A DNA stretch of 64,000 bases, from assembly GCF_009914755.1 (NCBI RefSeq), contig NC_060934.1; one strand, 5' to 3'. The stretch is from the human T2T-CHM13v2.0 reference genome, Homo sapiens. The translations under genes were made by a program, and so were the position numbers. Below are positions 1-21,032 of the stretch, in pieces. The stretch's first letter is position 1; each line of letters begins with the position of its first letter. The notes under the pieces are model-generated. The model did not search any database. It had not been told where the DNA came from and worked only from the letters and a program-made list of their open reading frames with translations.

Positions 1-149
1 GTCATCTCTCCCCTCCTCTCTAGAGCCGAGTGCCTCAACAGGCTCGAGAGTCCTCCTATTGTCATGCAGAGCAGCTCAACTCCCTCTTAGTCTCAACCTC
101 CCAGGCAGACTAAGCCTAGGGTGCCCCCATTCTCATCCAACAAGCTCAC

Positions 150-330
150 CCAGGTGGCTTGGTGGCGGGTGCTTGTAATCCAAGCTATTTGGGAGGCTGA
201 GGCAAGAGAATTGCTTGAACCCGGGAGGCAGAAGTTGCAGTGAGGTTGCAGTGAGCCGAGATTGTGCCACTACACTGCAGCCTAGGAGACAGAGCGAGAC
301 TCCGTCTCAAAAAAAAAAAAAAGAAGAAGA
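150..330 (+). mobile_element. Alu right arm
   Basis: Alu consensus with A tail. Confidence 0.9.
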
Positions 331-772
331 ATATGTAGGTGCTTTGTTCTCTTGGGATCTGGCTTTCAGCAGTGGCAAAGTGTGACTGTAACTCTACCCA
401 TTTTTGTAATTAAAACCATCCACAGGCCACAGAGAATGCTTTTCCCTTTCTCTTGCTCTGTGTTCTCAAAATCAAAGGTAACTAAATATGAATTAAATGA
501 AGGTTGGTGGGCTGTGCTGCCACTGACCTTGGAGGTGGACACTGCTTTGGAGTACTAGGAGGATTTGAGCTATGGAAGGGCTTCCCGGTGAAGAAAGGGG
601 GCTTATTCTATTTGTCAAGTATATCTACTCAGATAGTATAAAGGACCTGGTAGCGCTGAGCGTCCTGATGTCTGTGTTTCACCTCACAGTTCTGGGGGCA
701 CTCCAGAATTAGCATGGTATTCTGACAGTTGCAATAGCTGAGAAATATTTTGGTATATTACACAGTTCATAG

Positions 773-1984
<1,212 letters not shown>

Positions 1985-2065
1985 AATTTGGTTCTGATAA
2001 AGAATATGTTCATATTTTTTTTCACTTTGAATTCAATGAATCATTTTATTTTTGATCCTTCAGAG

Positions 2066-2896
<831 letters not shown>

Positions 2897-4336
2897 GTCT
2901 AAATCTTTGAGAATGGGATAAGTCAGTGTGGTGATGGGAATATGGGGTGGCGCGGCTTCCATTTATCCTCCGACCAAGGCCTGACCTACCTTCCTCCCAC
3001 CAGGAGGACAAGTTTCCTCAACTGATTACAAACCTTCCCTCCTGCCCTGCCTGGGTTGGCCACAGTTCCTAAAGTCTAGCTGTGGGTGCCTTTGGAGGTT
3101 TCAGTCGCTCTCGAAGGAGTTTGCCAGCAGCTGGCCTGGCCCCGTCTGCTGTGAAGCTGTCACTTTTGACTCTGATGGCTGAGCTATGTGAGGACATTGT
3201 GTTTGGCGAGAAGGCCTAAGGGCCAAGGATATTTCTCTGAAATCGATACCTCTGTTTCTCTCCCTGGCTGTCAAAACACTGGGAAAGCTGCTGTCAGTCT
3301 TCTGCTGGGGGGCTCTGAAGCACTTAGGACCCACAGCAGGGGCTATGGGTAGGGGTCCTCACCAAATTCTGCATTTCCTAAGGGATGAATGCTTTGCTCA
3401 AGCTTGTCAGTGATCGCAGCAAATTGGTCAATTGTGTCTCTATTAGCACCTCTGTCTGCATGCCAAGACTTGTTTATTTTACAGATAGATGGCTGTTTCC
3501 TCTTCACGGCCTGTTAGTGCATCAAAGTGACACTGGTGAGGATTGACAGGGTGATTGCTTGCATGGGGGAGGCAGGAGAGCAGAGGAGTGAAGGACGTGT
3601 ACTTTCAAACATAAGGAATTGGGTTCAAATCCTGCCTCTCCCACTTACCTCTGAACTTGTGCAAATTCCTTAACTTCTTCAAGCTCATCTCTCTTTACGT
3701 TGGGCATAATAACAGGAACAGTAACAGGATCCACCTCTAGCATTATGGTGCAGGTTGAATAAGATAATGCATATAAAGCTCTTGGCTTGTCCTAAGCAAC
3801 CAGTCTGTGCCAGTCACTACTGTGCTTTTTCTTGCTTTCCCTCAACTCTGGTTCATTGTCTTAGCTCTGATTGGACTAAGAAATCCCTAAAGAGGATTAA
3901 ACTAACCGACCAATGGGGGCTGAAATCTCCCCATGGATTCAGCAGTTGACCCAGGTAAGGCCCTACTCTGTGTCCAGGCCCTGTTCTAGAAGCAGCCAGC
4001 AGGTCAGGGAGGCAGGAAATCGGGACCTGTCTGGGGTGAACTCACAGTCTGGTGGGGAAATGCACTCCCGAGCACATGCTGGTGGCTCAGTGGATGCGGG
4101 CTGTGCTGGGGGTGCACACAGGGAAGGGCTGTCCCATAGAGCCGGGAGATTCCATAAAGACTGCTCAGAAGTGGCCAGTTTGGCACTGGATGGGAGTATC
4201 CTATGATGATGTGCTGGTCATCCATGAACCCAGTGGGCACTCAACAAGTCAAATACTTGTTGCACAGAGAGTGATGTTATTCCAAACTGCCGTGGGCCTT
4301 TTGTTCAGAGGCAGACATTAGCCAGTCTGTGATCGT

Positions 4337-4672
4337 TTGGTTTTTTGTTCGTTTGGTTTTTTAGAGACAGGGTCTCACTCTGTTGCCCAGGCTAAAGTGC
4401 AGTGTTGTGAACATAGCTCATGGCAGCCTTGAACTCCTGGGCTCAAGCAATCCTCCTGCCTTAGCCTCCCAAGTAGCTGGGACTACTGACGTGCACCATC
4501 ATGCCTGGCTAAGTTTTTGTTTTGTTTTGTTTTGTTTTCATTTTTTGTTGAAACAGGGTCTCATTTTGTGGCCCAGGCTGGTCTTGAACTCCTGGCCTCA
4601 AGCAATCCTCCCACTCAGCCTCCCAAAATGCTGAGATTACAGGTGTGATTACAGGTGTCACCACACCCAGCC
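4337..4672 (-). mobile_element. AluJ-like
   Basis: Alu consensus. Confidence 0.9.
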
Positions 4673-4859
4673 AACCCATGATAGTTTAGTCATGACAGGT
4701 ACCTTGAGCCCACCCCAGTTAAATTTCAGGGACTTTATCTCGAAGAGAAAAAAGATGATAATGTATAGGCTGGACTGAGTTCAGTTTTAGGAAGGGGTTG
4801 ACTTTGATACATTGTGCAGAGGATCCTCTACTGGTCAGGAACCAGCAAGGAACAGAATT

Positions 4860-5560
4860 CACCAGGGTTGCTTTAAACAATAAAATATTAATGAAGGGAC
4901 TACATACAGAGCGTGAACAAGGTTAAGGGAATAAACAAGGAATGCTGCAGCATCCAGGAAGTAGCAACAGTGGAAAGCCATGGGATATAGATGTGGCTGT
5001 GCCCCAGCTTCAATCCAGCAGATAAAGACAACATTCTCGGGGACAGCAGAGCAACAAGGTGGAAGGAAGCTGGGTCCCTGCATGACCTTGTGGAGCCGAA
5101 TCACTTTGCCAGTCTAGACTGCCCACCTACCTCTGTACAGTGACATGAGGGAGAAATAAGCAGCTGTCTGTTTAAGCCACTGTATTCTGGAGTCTCTGTT
5201 ACAACAACTGGCCTGTGCCCTTATGCGTTCAAAGACCAATGCAGCTGGAATAGAGTGAAAGAGGGTGTGAGCGTTAGCAGATGAGGGCCAAGATCTCATA
5301 GGGCCCCGCAGGCCAAGGTAAAGAGTTTGGAATTTATTCTAGGGAGCGATGTTTACACGATCTAATTTGCATTTGAAAAAGAACATTCTGGTTTGTGGAG
5401 AATGAAATGCAACGAACAAAAGTAGAGGCTGGGACACTAGTGAGGAGGTTATTCTGGATGTCCAGGCAAGAGCTGCTGGTTGCCTTGGTCAAGGGTGGTA
5501 GCAGCAGAGGTTGTGAGAAGTGAATCAGATTCTGGATATGTTTTGATGGTGGATTATAAA
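4860..5560. mobile_element. MLT1-type LTR remnant followed by an L2 fragment
   Basis: tttaagccactg...tctctgttaca LTR end; taaagagtttggaatttattct L2-like text. Confidence 0.5.
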
Positions 5561-6154
5561 GGATTATCTGACGATTTTGACTTTGAGGGGTTTGTATATT
5601 CAAGAATAAATGAAATAATACACAGTGCTTAACACAGGCCCTAGCACATAACCATTGTTGTTTTAAGAAAGGCTTTCTAATCCTACTGCTGTAGCTTTTC
5701 CCACAAGATGCTGGTGGGTTGGGCTAGCAAAGCAACTCACTACTTGGGTGTCTGGGCACAAGGTCTGGGACTGTCCCCGAGGCCAGTTTCAGGAGGGAAG
5801 GATGTCTGCGGGCACGACCCAGGAATCTGAGAGACCCTCGTGGCTGCAGTTGGGCTTGAAACCAGTCAAAAACTCACTCATTCTACCCATTCCTGTACAG
5901 CAAATAGTGACCCATTGCCTATTACGAGCTGAAAATTACTCTAGAATCTGAGTGAAAAGTACCAACAAGAGACACTGTGCACTGCCCTCATGTTGCTGCT
6001 ATTCTTTCCACTGGGATGTGCAAAGAATGTGAGGTGTCTATTTTTCTTTGGCTCTTCTACCTTTCCCCACATGACCGGCCCCACCCTGCTGGGAATTGAG
6101 GACATTTAAATGGCTAAATGATAATGCCACAGTCCCTTCCCAGTTAAAAGCTCA

Positions 6155-6470
<316 letters not shown>

Positions 6471-6894
6471 ACACCTCAAGCACTTCAAATTCCCTTCTCC
6501 TGCCCAAGATGGATTATGGATGACATCAGGGTTTATTGCAAGAAGCAAGGTGGCAAGAAGGCCTTGATGCTATGGGCCCCTTGAGTCTGGCTGTTACACG
6601 TTTACGTTGGTGCAAAATGATCTTCCAGAAGCCTGAGTAAAGAGCAAAGTCCCCCTCTTTCAGTGTCTTCCTCGTTCTATATGGCACCCCCACCTACATC
6701 TGGGACACTGTCTTAGAGAAGGGAGGTCACCCTCCATAGACCTCTGTTGCTGCCCCTCCTCACCTCCCTCTTCTTCAAGCATCCTCTTTCTTTTCCTTTC
6801 TTACCAGAATATCCTCTCCTCTTGGCCTCCTCCTACTGGATGTGGCCCCCCTTTCCCATTTTTCTGGGACAATAATGACAAAATGACTTCCAGG

Positions 6895-7354
<460 letters not shown>

Positions 7355-7795
7355 ACTTCTAGACAACCTAATTGTCGGCGAGAGGAATGAAAAGTACAGC
7401 CATTCAGTATTTTCAAAATATTATGCTTAATACAGGGCTTACCTCCTTCTGGCCTCTTGTCTGGACAGACTTACACAGGCTTCAGAAAGAAGGTAGGTTT
7501 CTCCCTACCTTCCCCCCTAGCATGGGCTATTCTGTTCCTTAGAGGAGCCCATTGTGTCTGTTGTGTGTGAGGGGGGTGGAGTTGGGGGGAGGATGGAGGA
7601 ATCAACTCTGGTTTTCTGCCCTTCCTCCCCCAATCACACCAGGCAGGCTTCCCTGGGATGTGGGTAGCCCCATCCTGTCGGCAAAGCAATTGCTTACCTA
7701 GGATTTTATGAGGACATTTTTATTGAGCTGTAATTGAAAAAAAAATTCCAAGACATTCCAGATTTTTCTCATAAGCCTGCTTCAGGTGTGTATGC

Positions 7796-7825
7796 ATGCG
7801 TGTGTGTGTGTGTGTGTGTGTGCGC
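7796..7825. repeat. (TG)n microsatellite
   Basis: About 11 TG units. Confidence 0.9.
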
Positions 7826-9369
7826 ATGTATGAACATGCATATACTTTGGCCAGACCACACCGGCGTCTTTGTTGAAAAAGTGAGGAGGTTTCATGTAAG
7901 GCATTTTACTTTTCTCTCCTTTTCTCTAAATTAAGGATCAGAATAAAGATCAGTAGGGATTCTGGAGAGCCTGCAAGAATCTTTTCATTAAGCAAATACT
8001 GCAGTAGCTGGAGAATCTGAGTGTTACGTAGGAGGGCTGTGCTTGTCATGACAGCCTAATATCCTAATGGAAGTTGACAACCATAGTTACGAAATCTATA
8101 ATAGAATGCAGAGCCTGTTATCTCTGTGAAACTGCTTGGCAAAAGTTTGTAAATTATATACATATATTTAAAGAATGTGAAGTAAAGCCAGATGAGGGTC
8201 TTTTAGACTCAAATGGCCCTGTTATGTCCTCCTGCCTCACTCACGCACCTCCCCCCACTGCTGTTCTGAGAAGCTGCAGGAAAAGACAGCGTCTCTCTTG
8301 GGGTCTGTGTTACCAGCCCTCCCACCGCCCACTCAGGAAGGATGGAGATACAGGTCTTCCTTCTGTGCTCTTGATTGTCTCAGCAGAAGGAGAGATACTC
8401 AAGCTTGTACTGAGCGCCTACTATGTGCCAGGCACTGGGCTGCTTTGTTATTTCCACCCTCCCAGCAGAGCTGCGCAAGGCTGTTAATCCTTCCCACTTT
8501 GACACTTGAGGAACCTGAGGCTCAGAGGAGTTCAATATCTGCTCAGGTTCACACAGCTGGTCGTAGCTCCTGATCGCAGGAGGAGTCGCAGCGAAAACCC
8601 GAGTCCACCCGTGTCCAAGGCCCGGTTCTTTCTACCTTTCAGTTCCTGCCCCAGGCAGCGGCGCAGCTTGGTGGTGGCGGTGCGTGGGTGGCGGGGTGTG
8701 TTACGATCTCCTTGCTGGAGACATGTGGCTGCTTCTCAAGAGGGACAGCGCTGGATGGAGAGTGAGTGAGATCGGCCACATACCTCTGTGTGGTGCCCAT
8801 TTCTGGGACAGTCCTGGATCCATCGACCCGCCATCCTCCCAAAGGTGCTCCCTCTCTTCAGGTGGTGCCCATGGTCCTATCAAGGTTCAAGAAGTGAATG
8901 ATGAGTTTCTTTCAGATGCCACAAGGTGGACCCCCACTCAGGTGACCTCAGAGGTTCATGAGTAACACACTTAAGAGCAAGGACTCTGCTGGGCAATGGG
9001 AGTGCCTCCCGGCATGGCCATGGCTCCCTGGCCGGCTCCGCATGGGTTCTCAAGTGCAGACTGCTCTGCCTCCCAGTGCTCTGGTTACGGAGACTCTCCT
9101 CTGCTTTGCCTCTGAGGTTCCTGTGGCTGCAGCTGCCTGCCTCTGGTTCTTGGTGACTTCTGCTGCCTTCTGGCTCCTGCTTCCTGATCTCTCTCTCCAG
9201 GCACCTTCCAACCCAACCGGCCACCTCTGACTCTGTCTCCCATTCAAACTCTCCCAGAAAGCGCCTCACTGGGTGGGCAATTCCCCGTCCTGTCAATGGC
9301 AGCTCTTACATGAAAGGGCCTCACAGGCCTCTGGCTACCTGTGGGTCAGGAGACAGAACAGTTAAGACC

Positions 9370-10045
<676 letters not shown>

Positions 10046-10049
10046 CTCC

Positions 10050-10521
10050 AGACAAAGATTCTTGGCTTGACCAAACTTCAGTCAGGCTCCTGAACCTTCT
10101 TCTCGGCCCACCTGTGCACTTCCTGGTAAAATCGAGTTTTAGCAACAACCCTGCTAAGTCAGTTTATCAGGAACTCCTCCCTGCCCCCGCTCCCTTGCAT
10201 ATCTGATCAGGTTTCTCCTCCTCCACCCTTCTTCAGGTGATATCGAGCCATCCTGGCCTGTTTTCAGCAAAAATCCTATTAGGCTAGTTTAGCCAAAATC
10301 CCTCTTATCCCTGATATTTCCTCTTGGTAATTTTCCTTCCACTAACTCTACCCCTCTCCTTGTCTATAAAGTCCCACTTGTCCATGCCGTATTCAGAGTT
10401 GAACCCAATCTCTTCTTCCCACTGCAAAATCCCACTGTTGTGGTCCCCATACCCATCTCGGTGGTCCTGAAGTCTTCCTTTCTGTGCTTTAACAAGCATC
10501 ACCAATTTTTTTTTTTTAACA
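10050..10521 (+). mobile_element. ERV1 solo LTR (MER31/MER65-like)
   Basis: gacaaagattcttggcttgaccaaactt.agtcaggctcctgaac ... tataaa ... tttaaca. Confidence 0.65.
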
Positions 10522-11829
10522 GGGCTCATCCTAATGCAGCCGTCTCTGGCTAGGACAGCAGATCCACCCTGTAAAGAGTTTGTGAGGCCAGGAATCCCTC
10601 AGAAAGGGGTGCTGGCACGATGGATGCCTTGCACAGGCTGGACAGAGTGCTCATTCATATTCATGTGGCATGGCTGCAAAGGAACCAGAAGAGCCTCTTC
10701 ACCCCACTCCCAAGCTTCCCCCTTAGCACTGCTGCCTGCAAGTTCATCACTCAAATGAAGTGATGCCTTCTCCAGCACTCCTTTTAAAGTGTGCCCCTGA
10801 TCCTGGGCCCTCCCTCACAATTACTATCCAAGTCAGGATGGTCCTAGCAATCACTATCACTAAGCTGGAGCCCACAAGCCTAGTCTGACGGGGTCATAGT
10901 CATGGGTCCCAGGAGCCCCATCACAGGCTCAGAGGGTCCAGGAGGCAAAGCCCAAACACCTGCACAGGTGTGAAAGGGAAAGGGTTCTGAGGAGGGAGCG
11001 GGAGGGTGGGGGTGGGGGAAGAATGGGCTGATGGAAGGCTCTGAAGTAGCAGCCGGAGCGCAGAAAATCTCAGAGGAGGGGAAATGCTAGCAGCTCCCAA
11101 GGAGAGAGACCAGGCTGACCTGACATCATACGGATCAAGAAGCACGGATGAGGAGATGAATGCAGACACCTGGGGGAATGAGCTGAGAAAAGCAGAGTGA
11201 TCTGAGGCAAAGGAGAATAATGGTGGTGGTTCCTCCTGCTTGGTAGGGAGGGTAGTACCTGGGGAGGATGTCATGGGGTAGGCCAGTTCCCCTTGAGTTT
11301 TCCCCAACCAAGTTTCCCCCAAGGCCTCCCTGGTTACGGAGTCCACACTGCAACTGCCCTCCCCACCCCAGGGCAGAAAGCAGAGGAGGCAGTCATCAAG
11401 GACTGGCTCTGAGCTAGAGGCCAGCAGAACCCCCAGGAGGCCTTGCCGAGGGCAGGAAGGAGGTCTCGGGCCTCTCAGCTGGAGTTTATTGTCCTGGGAG
11501 GAAGGTAGGATGGCGGGAGCTTAGGAAAGAGCTGGGGATGTGGATGAGGAGTGGGGAAAGGTTCTCTTTCTGGTAGCCTCTCCACCCTCCCCATCTCAAG
11601 GCCTTTGCCACCAATATCCCCCTTGGGCCCCTAACATCTTTCCTGGTCTCCAGTGGAGCTCTATTGCCGTCTTCATTCCCCTGTAGACACAGGGCCTCTC
11701 ATCTCCATGCACTCAGCACCGGGGGGATGGATGTAGCCGCCCTGTCCCTTCCTCACTCACACACTCCTCTGGAGGCTAATGAAGTGGCTACAAGCCAGGG
11801 CTGCTGGTCAGACCTGGCTCTGCCCCTGT

Positions 11830-12445
11830 GCTGCTTACCCATTGATGTGTAACAAACTACCCCAAAACTTAGTGACTCCAAACAAGAGCATTTTCTGATA
11901 TCTCATTTTAGGTCAGTAATTCAGGAGGGTTCAGTAAACAATTTTGCTGTTCCATGTGGCATTGACAGAGGTCACTCTGTGGTATTTCGCTGGCAGATAT
12001 GCTGGTATGGAGTAAACAAGAAAGGGTCACACAAATGTCTAGTGTCTGGGCTCAGTGAGGCTGTCAACCAGTTGGCCTACCCATGACCAGTCCAGCATGG
12101 CAGAGTGGGGCACAGGCCGACTTCTACAGGGTGGCTCAGGATTCCCAGAGAGCACATTCCAAGAGACCCAGGTAGAAGATGCAAAGTGTCTTATGACAGC
12201 CTCGGAAGCCCCAGAATGCTGCTTCTGCTGCATTCTCCTGGCCAGCAAGTCACTAAGGCCAATCCAGAATGGAGGCTTACGAAGTGTTTAAGAACACAGG
12301 TTCACTGACTGAGTTGGTAGTATGATTCTACCCTGCTAGCTAAGCAACCTGAGAAACTTTACTTAAGCTCTTTAAGCCTCAGTTTTCTTATCTGTAAAAT
12401 GGGAATAACAACATTATCTACCTCTTAGGGTTTATGAGAGTTTAA
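11830..12445. mobile_element. MLT1-type LTR remnant followed by MIR
   Basis: tgtgtaacaaactaccccaaaacttagtg; cctcagttttcttatctgtaaaatggg. Confidence 0.6.
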
Positions 12446-12533
12446 TTGTATATACATATATATAATTTCTAAATTAATACAAATGTAAAAATTATACATA
12501 TAAATTATACATGTGTGTATGTGTATGTATATA

Positions 12534-13284
12534 TTTTGTTTGTTTGTTTGGCATTTAGTTTTTATTTCATAATCATAAACTTAACTCTGCAATCCAGCTG
12601 GGCATGGAAGGGAACAAGGAAAACATGGCACCCAAAGGGAACTGCAGTGAGAGCACAAAGATTCTAGGATACTGCGAGCAAATTGGGTGGAAGGATGCTC
12701 TCCTGAGTTACAGAAGGAATGGTCTGGAGGTTAAGATAAAACACAAGTCAAACTTATTAGAGTTGTCCACAGTCAGCAATGGTGATCTTCTTGCTGGTCT
12801 TGCCATTCCTGGACCCTCCATGGCCTCCACAATATTCATGCCTTCTTTCACCTTGCCAAAGGCCACATGCTTGCCATCCAACCACTTAGTCTTGGCAGTG
12901 CAGATGAAAAACTGGGAACCATTTGTGTTGGGTCCAGCATTTGCCATGGATAAGATGCCAGGACCTGTATGCTTTAGGATGAAGTTCTCATCATCAAATT
13001 TCTCCCAGTAGATGGACTTGCCACCAGTGCCATTATGGCATGTGAAGTCACCACCCTGACACATAAACCCTGGAATAATTCTGTGAAAGCAGGAACCCTT
13101 ACAACCAAATCCTTTCTCTCCAGTGCTCAGAGCACGAAAGTTTTCTGCTGTCTTTGAAACTTTGTCTGCAAACAGCTCGAAGGAGACACAGTCTAAGGGC
13201 TCGCGGCGATGTCAAAGAACATGGTGGGGTTAACCATGGCTGATAGTACAGGGCTCCTGCCAGTGGCTGTGGCGTCTGCAAAGC
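12534..13284 (-). pseudogene. PPIAP13: Cyclophilin A (PPIA) processed pseudogene, probably PPIAP13
   Basis: Intronless copy with 5' UTR, ATG GTT AAC CCC at 13237, MCQGGDFT...[21 protein letters not shown], two frameshifting deletions, 3' UTR AATAAA at 12561-12566 and an A-rich tail; symbol from memory. Confidence 0.93.
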
Positions 13285-13526
13285 CTGTTTTTGTTTTTTT
13301 TAATGCCCGCTGTAGAAAGCTCATGATCATCAATATCTGCAGTTTCCTCTTCTTCTTGGGCACCACCCTAGACTATTTCCTGGCTTCCCCTGCAGTTAGG
13401 TGTGGCCATGTGACTGGTTCTGGCCCATGGAACTTGAGGGGCAGTAGTAGACCTGGCCTCCATTCCTCCATGCTTACTCTCCTGGCCCTCCATCTACCTG
13501 TGTTTGAATAAAAAATAAAGCATGGC

Positions 13527-15888
<2,362 letters not shown>

Positions 15889-16937
15889 ACAGCTACCATT
15901 TCTGGGAACTCACCACATATTGTGCAAAGCACTTTCTATATGCCCCACTTAATCCTTACAGCAATCCTATGTGGTGGCTGTCATTAATCCTGTGTTATGG
16001 ATAGGGAAACTGAGGTATGGAGAGATTGAGATCATACATCTGACAAGGGGCAGAAGTAGGATTTGCACCCAAAGAGTCTGGCTCCAAAGTGGTGCTCCTC
16101 ACAATACACCACTTCTTTCACAAGGCTGCTCTATAGAAGAGGGAGATATGTTATTACAGGCTTCCCTGGGTGAGTGTGGCAGGCAGGAAGGCATCCCAGA
16201 GGAGGTACCAGCCTGGAGCTCGGCCTCGATTTCCTCAGTACTTGGGGAATGTTTGGCTTCCCCTCCACCTGCCTCCTCATGGCTTCCTTCAATCTCCCCC
16301 TGCAGCCTCAGATTCTGCACCCAATCCACAGAGACCCAAGAAGCTGACCTGCTGGAACCCAAGCCCCAGGCCCAGAGTGTGGCTCTGTTGCAGCCTCAGT
16401 GCATCCACCCCAGCCAACAGGGGCAGGCTGCCCATACTCAGATGGGGATGACTGGCTTCTGGAGCCACTATCTTGGGTCCCACTGATGGTGCATGAGCAA
16501 GAAACCGCAACAAGCATTGAGTTGTCAGGTGGAAGAGGGATCCAAGGGAATTGGGAATGGGCAGGTGGGGCTACTGAGCTGGAACTGGGTTTGTCTGCTC
16601 CAGAGAATCATAGACTCCATCAACCCCAGGATGAATTGAGAACAGTCTTCCATTCCTAGGGTGGGGAGCCCAGGGGTGTTTGCACCTGCCAGGAGGGGGC
16701 TGGGCCCTGTGACTAAGCTAGACACGGCAGCACCAGCCCTCCCACCATCCTCCACCTAAGACATATGTATATCCTCTGTAAAAGACCCAGAGAGCACCTG
16801 AGGCAGCCAACAGCAATGTGGGATTGGGAGCAAGTGTTGCAGAGAACTGAGAGAGCAGAAACACTGCAGGAGAGAGGAGGCAGAGGATGGAACTCTGAGA
16901 AACCTTGATATTGAAGGGCCAGCCAAAGGAGGCAAGG

Positions 16938-17316
<379 letters not shown>

Positions 17317-17950
17317 TTAAACCCCATAAATACCTTGGGTTTTTATGATGTATTTTACAGGTGAGGAACCTGGGAGGGGGCCTTTCTTTATTGTTTTATT
17401 TTATGTTGTGCCAAGATAAGAACTAAGAAACTCAGAGCTATTTTGTTCCATCATATAACTGTCCTTTGCCTAGTATTTCTGGTATGTCTCCTTCCCAACC
17501 CCATCATCCTCTTGTTTAATGCTTTAATTTGTTAGGAGTCTAATTTTAAGCAGTCCGTTTGAAAGCAGAGTGCTAGTGAAAAGACTGACTGGTTTCAAGA
17601 GATGCTACTAGTGGACAGTGAATTTTGATATTTAGCCTTGGGTAGGATGGGCATGGAGATAATGGTGATGCATTGAACTTGGGTCTTTATCAGACAACCT
17701 AACTATTGGGTGAGGGTATGAGGAGGACAAGATGAGGACGAGGTTATCTAATCCTCACACTTGTACCCCCAAACCTTCCTCCTGCACCCAAGGCAGATAT
17801 CACGAATTATTCCCACCTGTACTCCTCCCCGAGGCTGCCATCCCACTGAATCAGAGTTGGCAAGCCATCTGGAACCTTGTGACCATCCCGAGAGTAAGTC
17901 CTTGCCCCACAGACCACCAAAAGATCACCTGTCTTTATGACGATGAATAT

Positions 17951-17956
17951 TTTATT
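17951..17956 (-). terminator. AATAAA polyadenylation signal of DUSP13B / read-through DUSP13 transcripts
   Basis: tttatt on + strand, about 220 nt past the TMDP stop. Confidence 0.85.
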
Positions 17957-18173
17957 ATAGAGATGGACTGAACTCACTTTTGCATAAAGAATCTCTGAAT
18001 TGGGTCAGGGAAATCCACCCGCTAAGAGGTCACCACCCAGCTATCCCTGCCTCTGCCTCAGCCCCCACTTGCTGTTTACATCTCAGGGTCACTAGAAACA
18101 GCAGAGCCTGCTGTTCCCAGGGCCAGGCTGGTGGGGTTGGGCCAAGGGTCAGGGATCCTGGCTGCCTGCCAGA

Positions 18174-18376
18174 TCAGAACCGCCCCGTCTCCCGCCCCAG
18201 TCGGTTGTCCAGAACCTGGAGCTGCCGGAGGAAGCCTGAGTTAGGGCAGATATTGCGGTGGGCCTGCACCGTCTGGATGGCCTCTACCAGCGTCATGTTC
18301 TCATAGATCATGAGGAAGGCCAGGACAAGTGTGGCAGAGCGGCTTACCCCCATGGCACAGTGTACCAGCACGCGGC
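18174..18376 (-). CDS. DUSP13B: DUSP13B coding exon 3 with catalytic HCAMGVSRS, to stop
   Basis: Acceptor cctacag|GC; 203 nt; 173+221+203=597 nt = 198 aa + TGA. Confidence 0.97.
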
Positions 18377-19072
18377 CTGTAGGGAGAACCAACTTAGCAT
18401 CAGCTACCTGCCCTTGAACCACCCACCCCTTTGGGAAGAAGAGACACCCATGGCCATCCTCTACAGTATCCTGGAATACTGACACTGTCTACTCTGTCAA
18501 ATGGGGCAACTGAAGCCCAAAGAGAGGAGGCTGGCTCAAAGTCACATAGCAAGTTAGAGGCAGGGTTTAGGTTAGCAGCCGGGATTTCCTTCTTCCAGTC
18601 CAGGTGCTTCCTCAGGCATCCTTTGCAACTCTGGGCCAGGGGAAGGGGGTTTACTGAATTCCTGAGGTCACTGGGTTTGCATCAGATTATAGGGGGTGTC
18701 CATCTACCTCCCTTTCCCCCGAGTTCTGCCCTCTCGACTGCCCCTGCAGCTCTATGCCAAGGCCTCATCTTAGAGGAACCCGCTCAAGAGCTTCACTGGG
18801 TCCTATACCTTCTGTCCAGTGCCTGGCCTCTTATGGAGGGATGTGGTGATGCTGATGACCACACTGCATCTTAGTTATGTCTGCAATTGCTAGCCTCCAG
18901 GGTGTCCCTGAAGGGGACACTCACTGAATGGTAGTAGCTATTTTCCCTATGGAGTGGGAGGGTTACTGAAAGGGTTTGTCTCTCTGGACTCCCACCCACC
19001 AGTGCTACTGGAATAATGGAGAGTCCTAAAGCACACCCTCCACCCTCCACCATGCCTGATCCAGAGGTGCAC

Positions 19073-19293
19073 CTTGGGGAACACTGAGGGCAGCTCGGAT
19101 GTATCGAGCAACAGGCAGAAAGTAGACACTGAGGTCGAAGAAGGGGTTGTCATCCGCCTCGATGCCATAGTACTCCAGGGACATTCCACGGTAGAATTTG
19201 GCACCTGTGTCCACCTGGAACTTGCCTGCAGCGGCATTCACAACGTGGGTGATTCCCAGCTGGATCAGCTTGCTCTTGTCCCGGGCTGCGTAC
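19073..19293 (-). CDS. DUSP13B: DUSP13B coding exon 2, YAARDKSKLIQLGITHVVNAA...ALSVPQ
   Basis: Acceptor cctccag|G, donor CAA G|gtgcac; 221 nt; GIEADDNP general-acid loop. Confidence 0.96.
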
Positions 19294-19469
19294 CTGGAGG
19301 AGAGGGCACAAGGGGTTAGGAGAGTGGAGGTAGATCTCACTGTGGCAGCTCTGGCTGGGTTGAAGTTTGCAAACACCCCCGCCCACCACCCACCAAGGGT
19401 AGAGACAAGAGCCTGCAAATTGGCCCAGGGTGAAGGGGCTCCTCCTGTTGGAGTTTAAGACTCCTTTTC

Positions 19470-21032
<1,563 letters not shown>

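Noticed and set aside
3101-3334. ORF with faint likeness to a DUSP last exon (TARERNRGI)
   Set aside because: No HCx5R or PNxGF motif; similarity at chance level
8600-8720. Possible relic DUSP first exon (PPP..KLRRCL)
   Set aside because: Needs frameshifts and lacks DEVWP/GD; kept only as a CpG-patch observation
12604-13011. 135-aa plus-strand ORF
   Set aside because: Antisense shadow of the PPIA pseudogene
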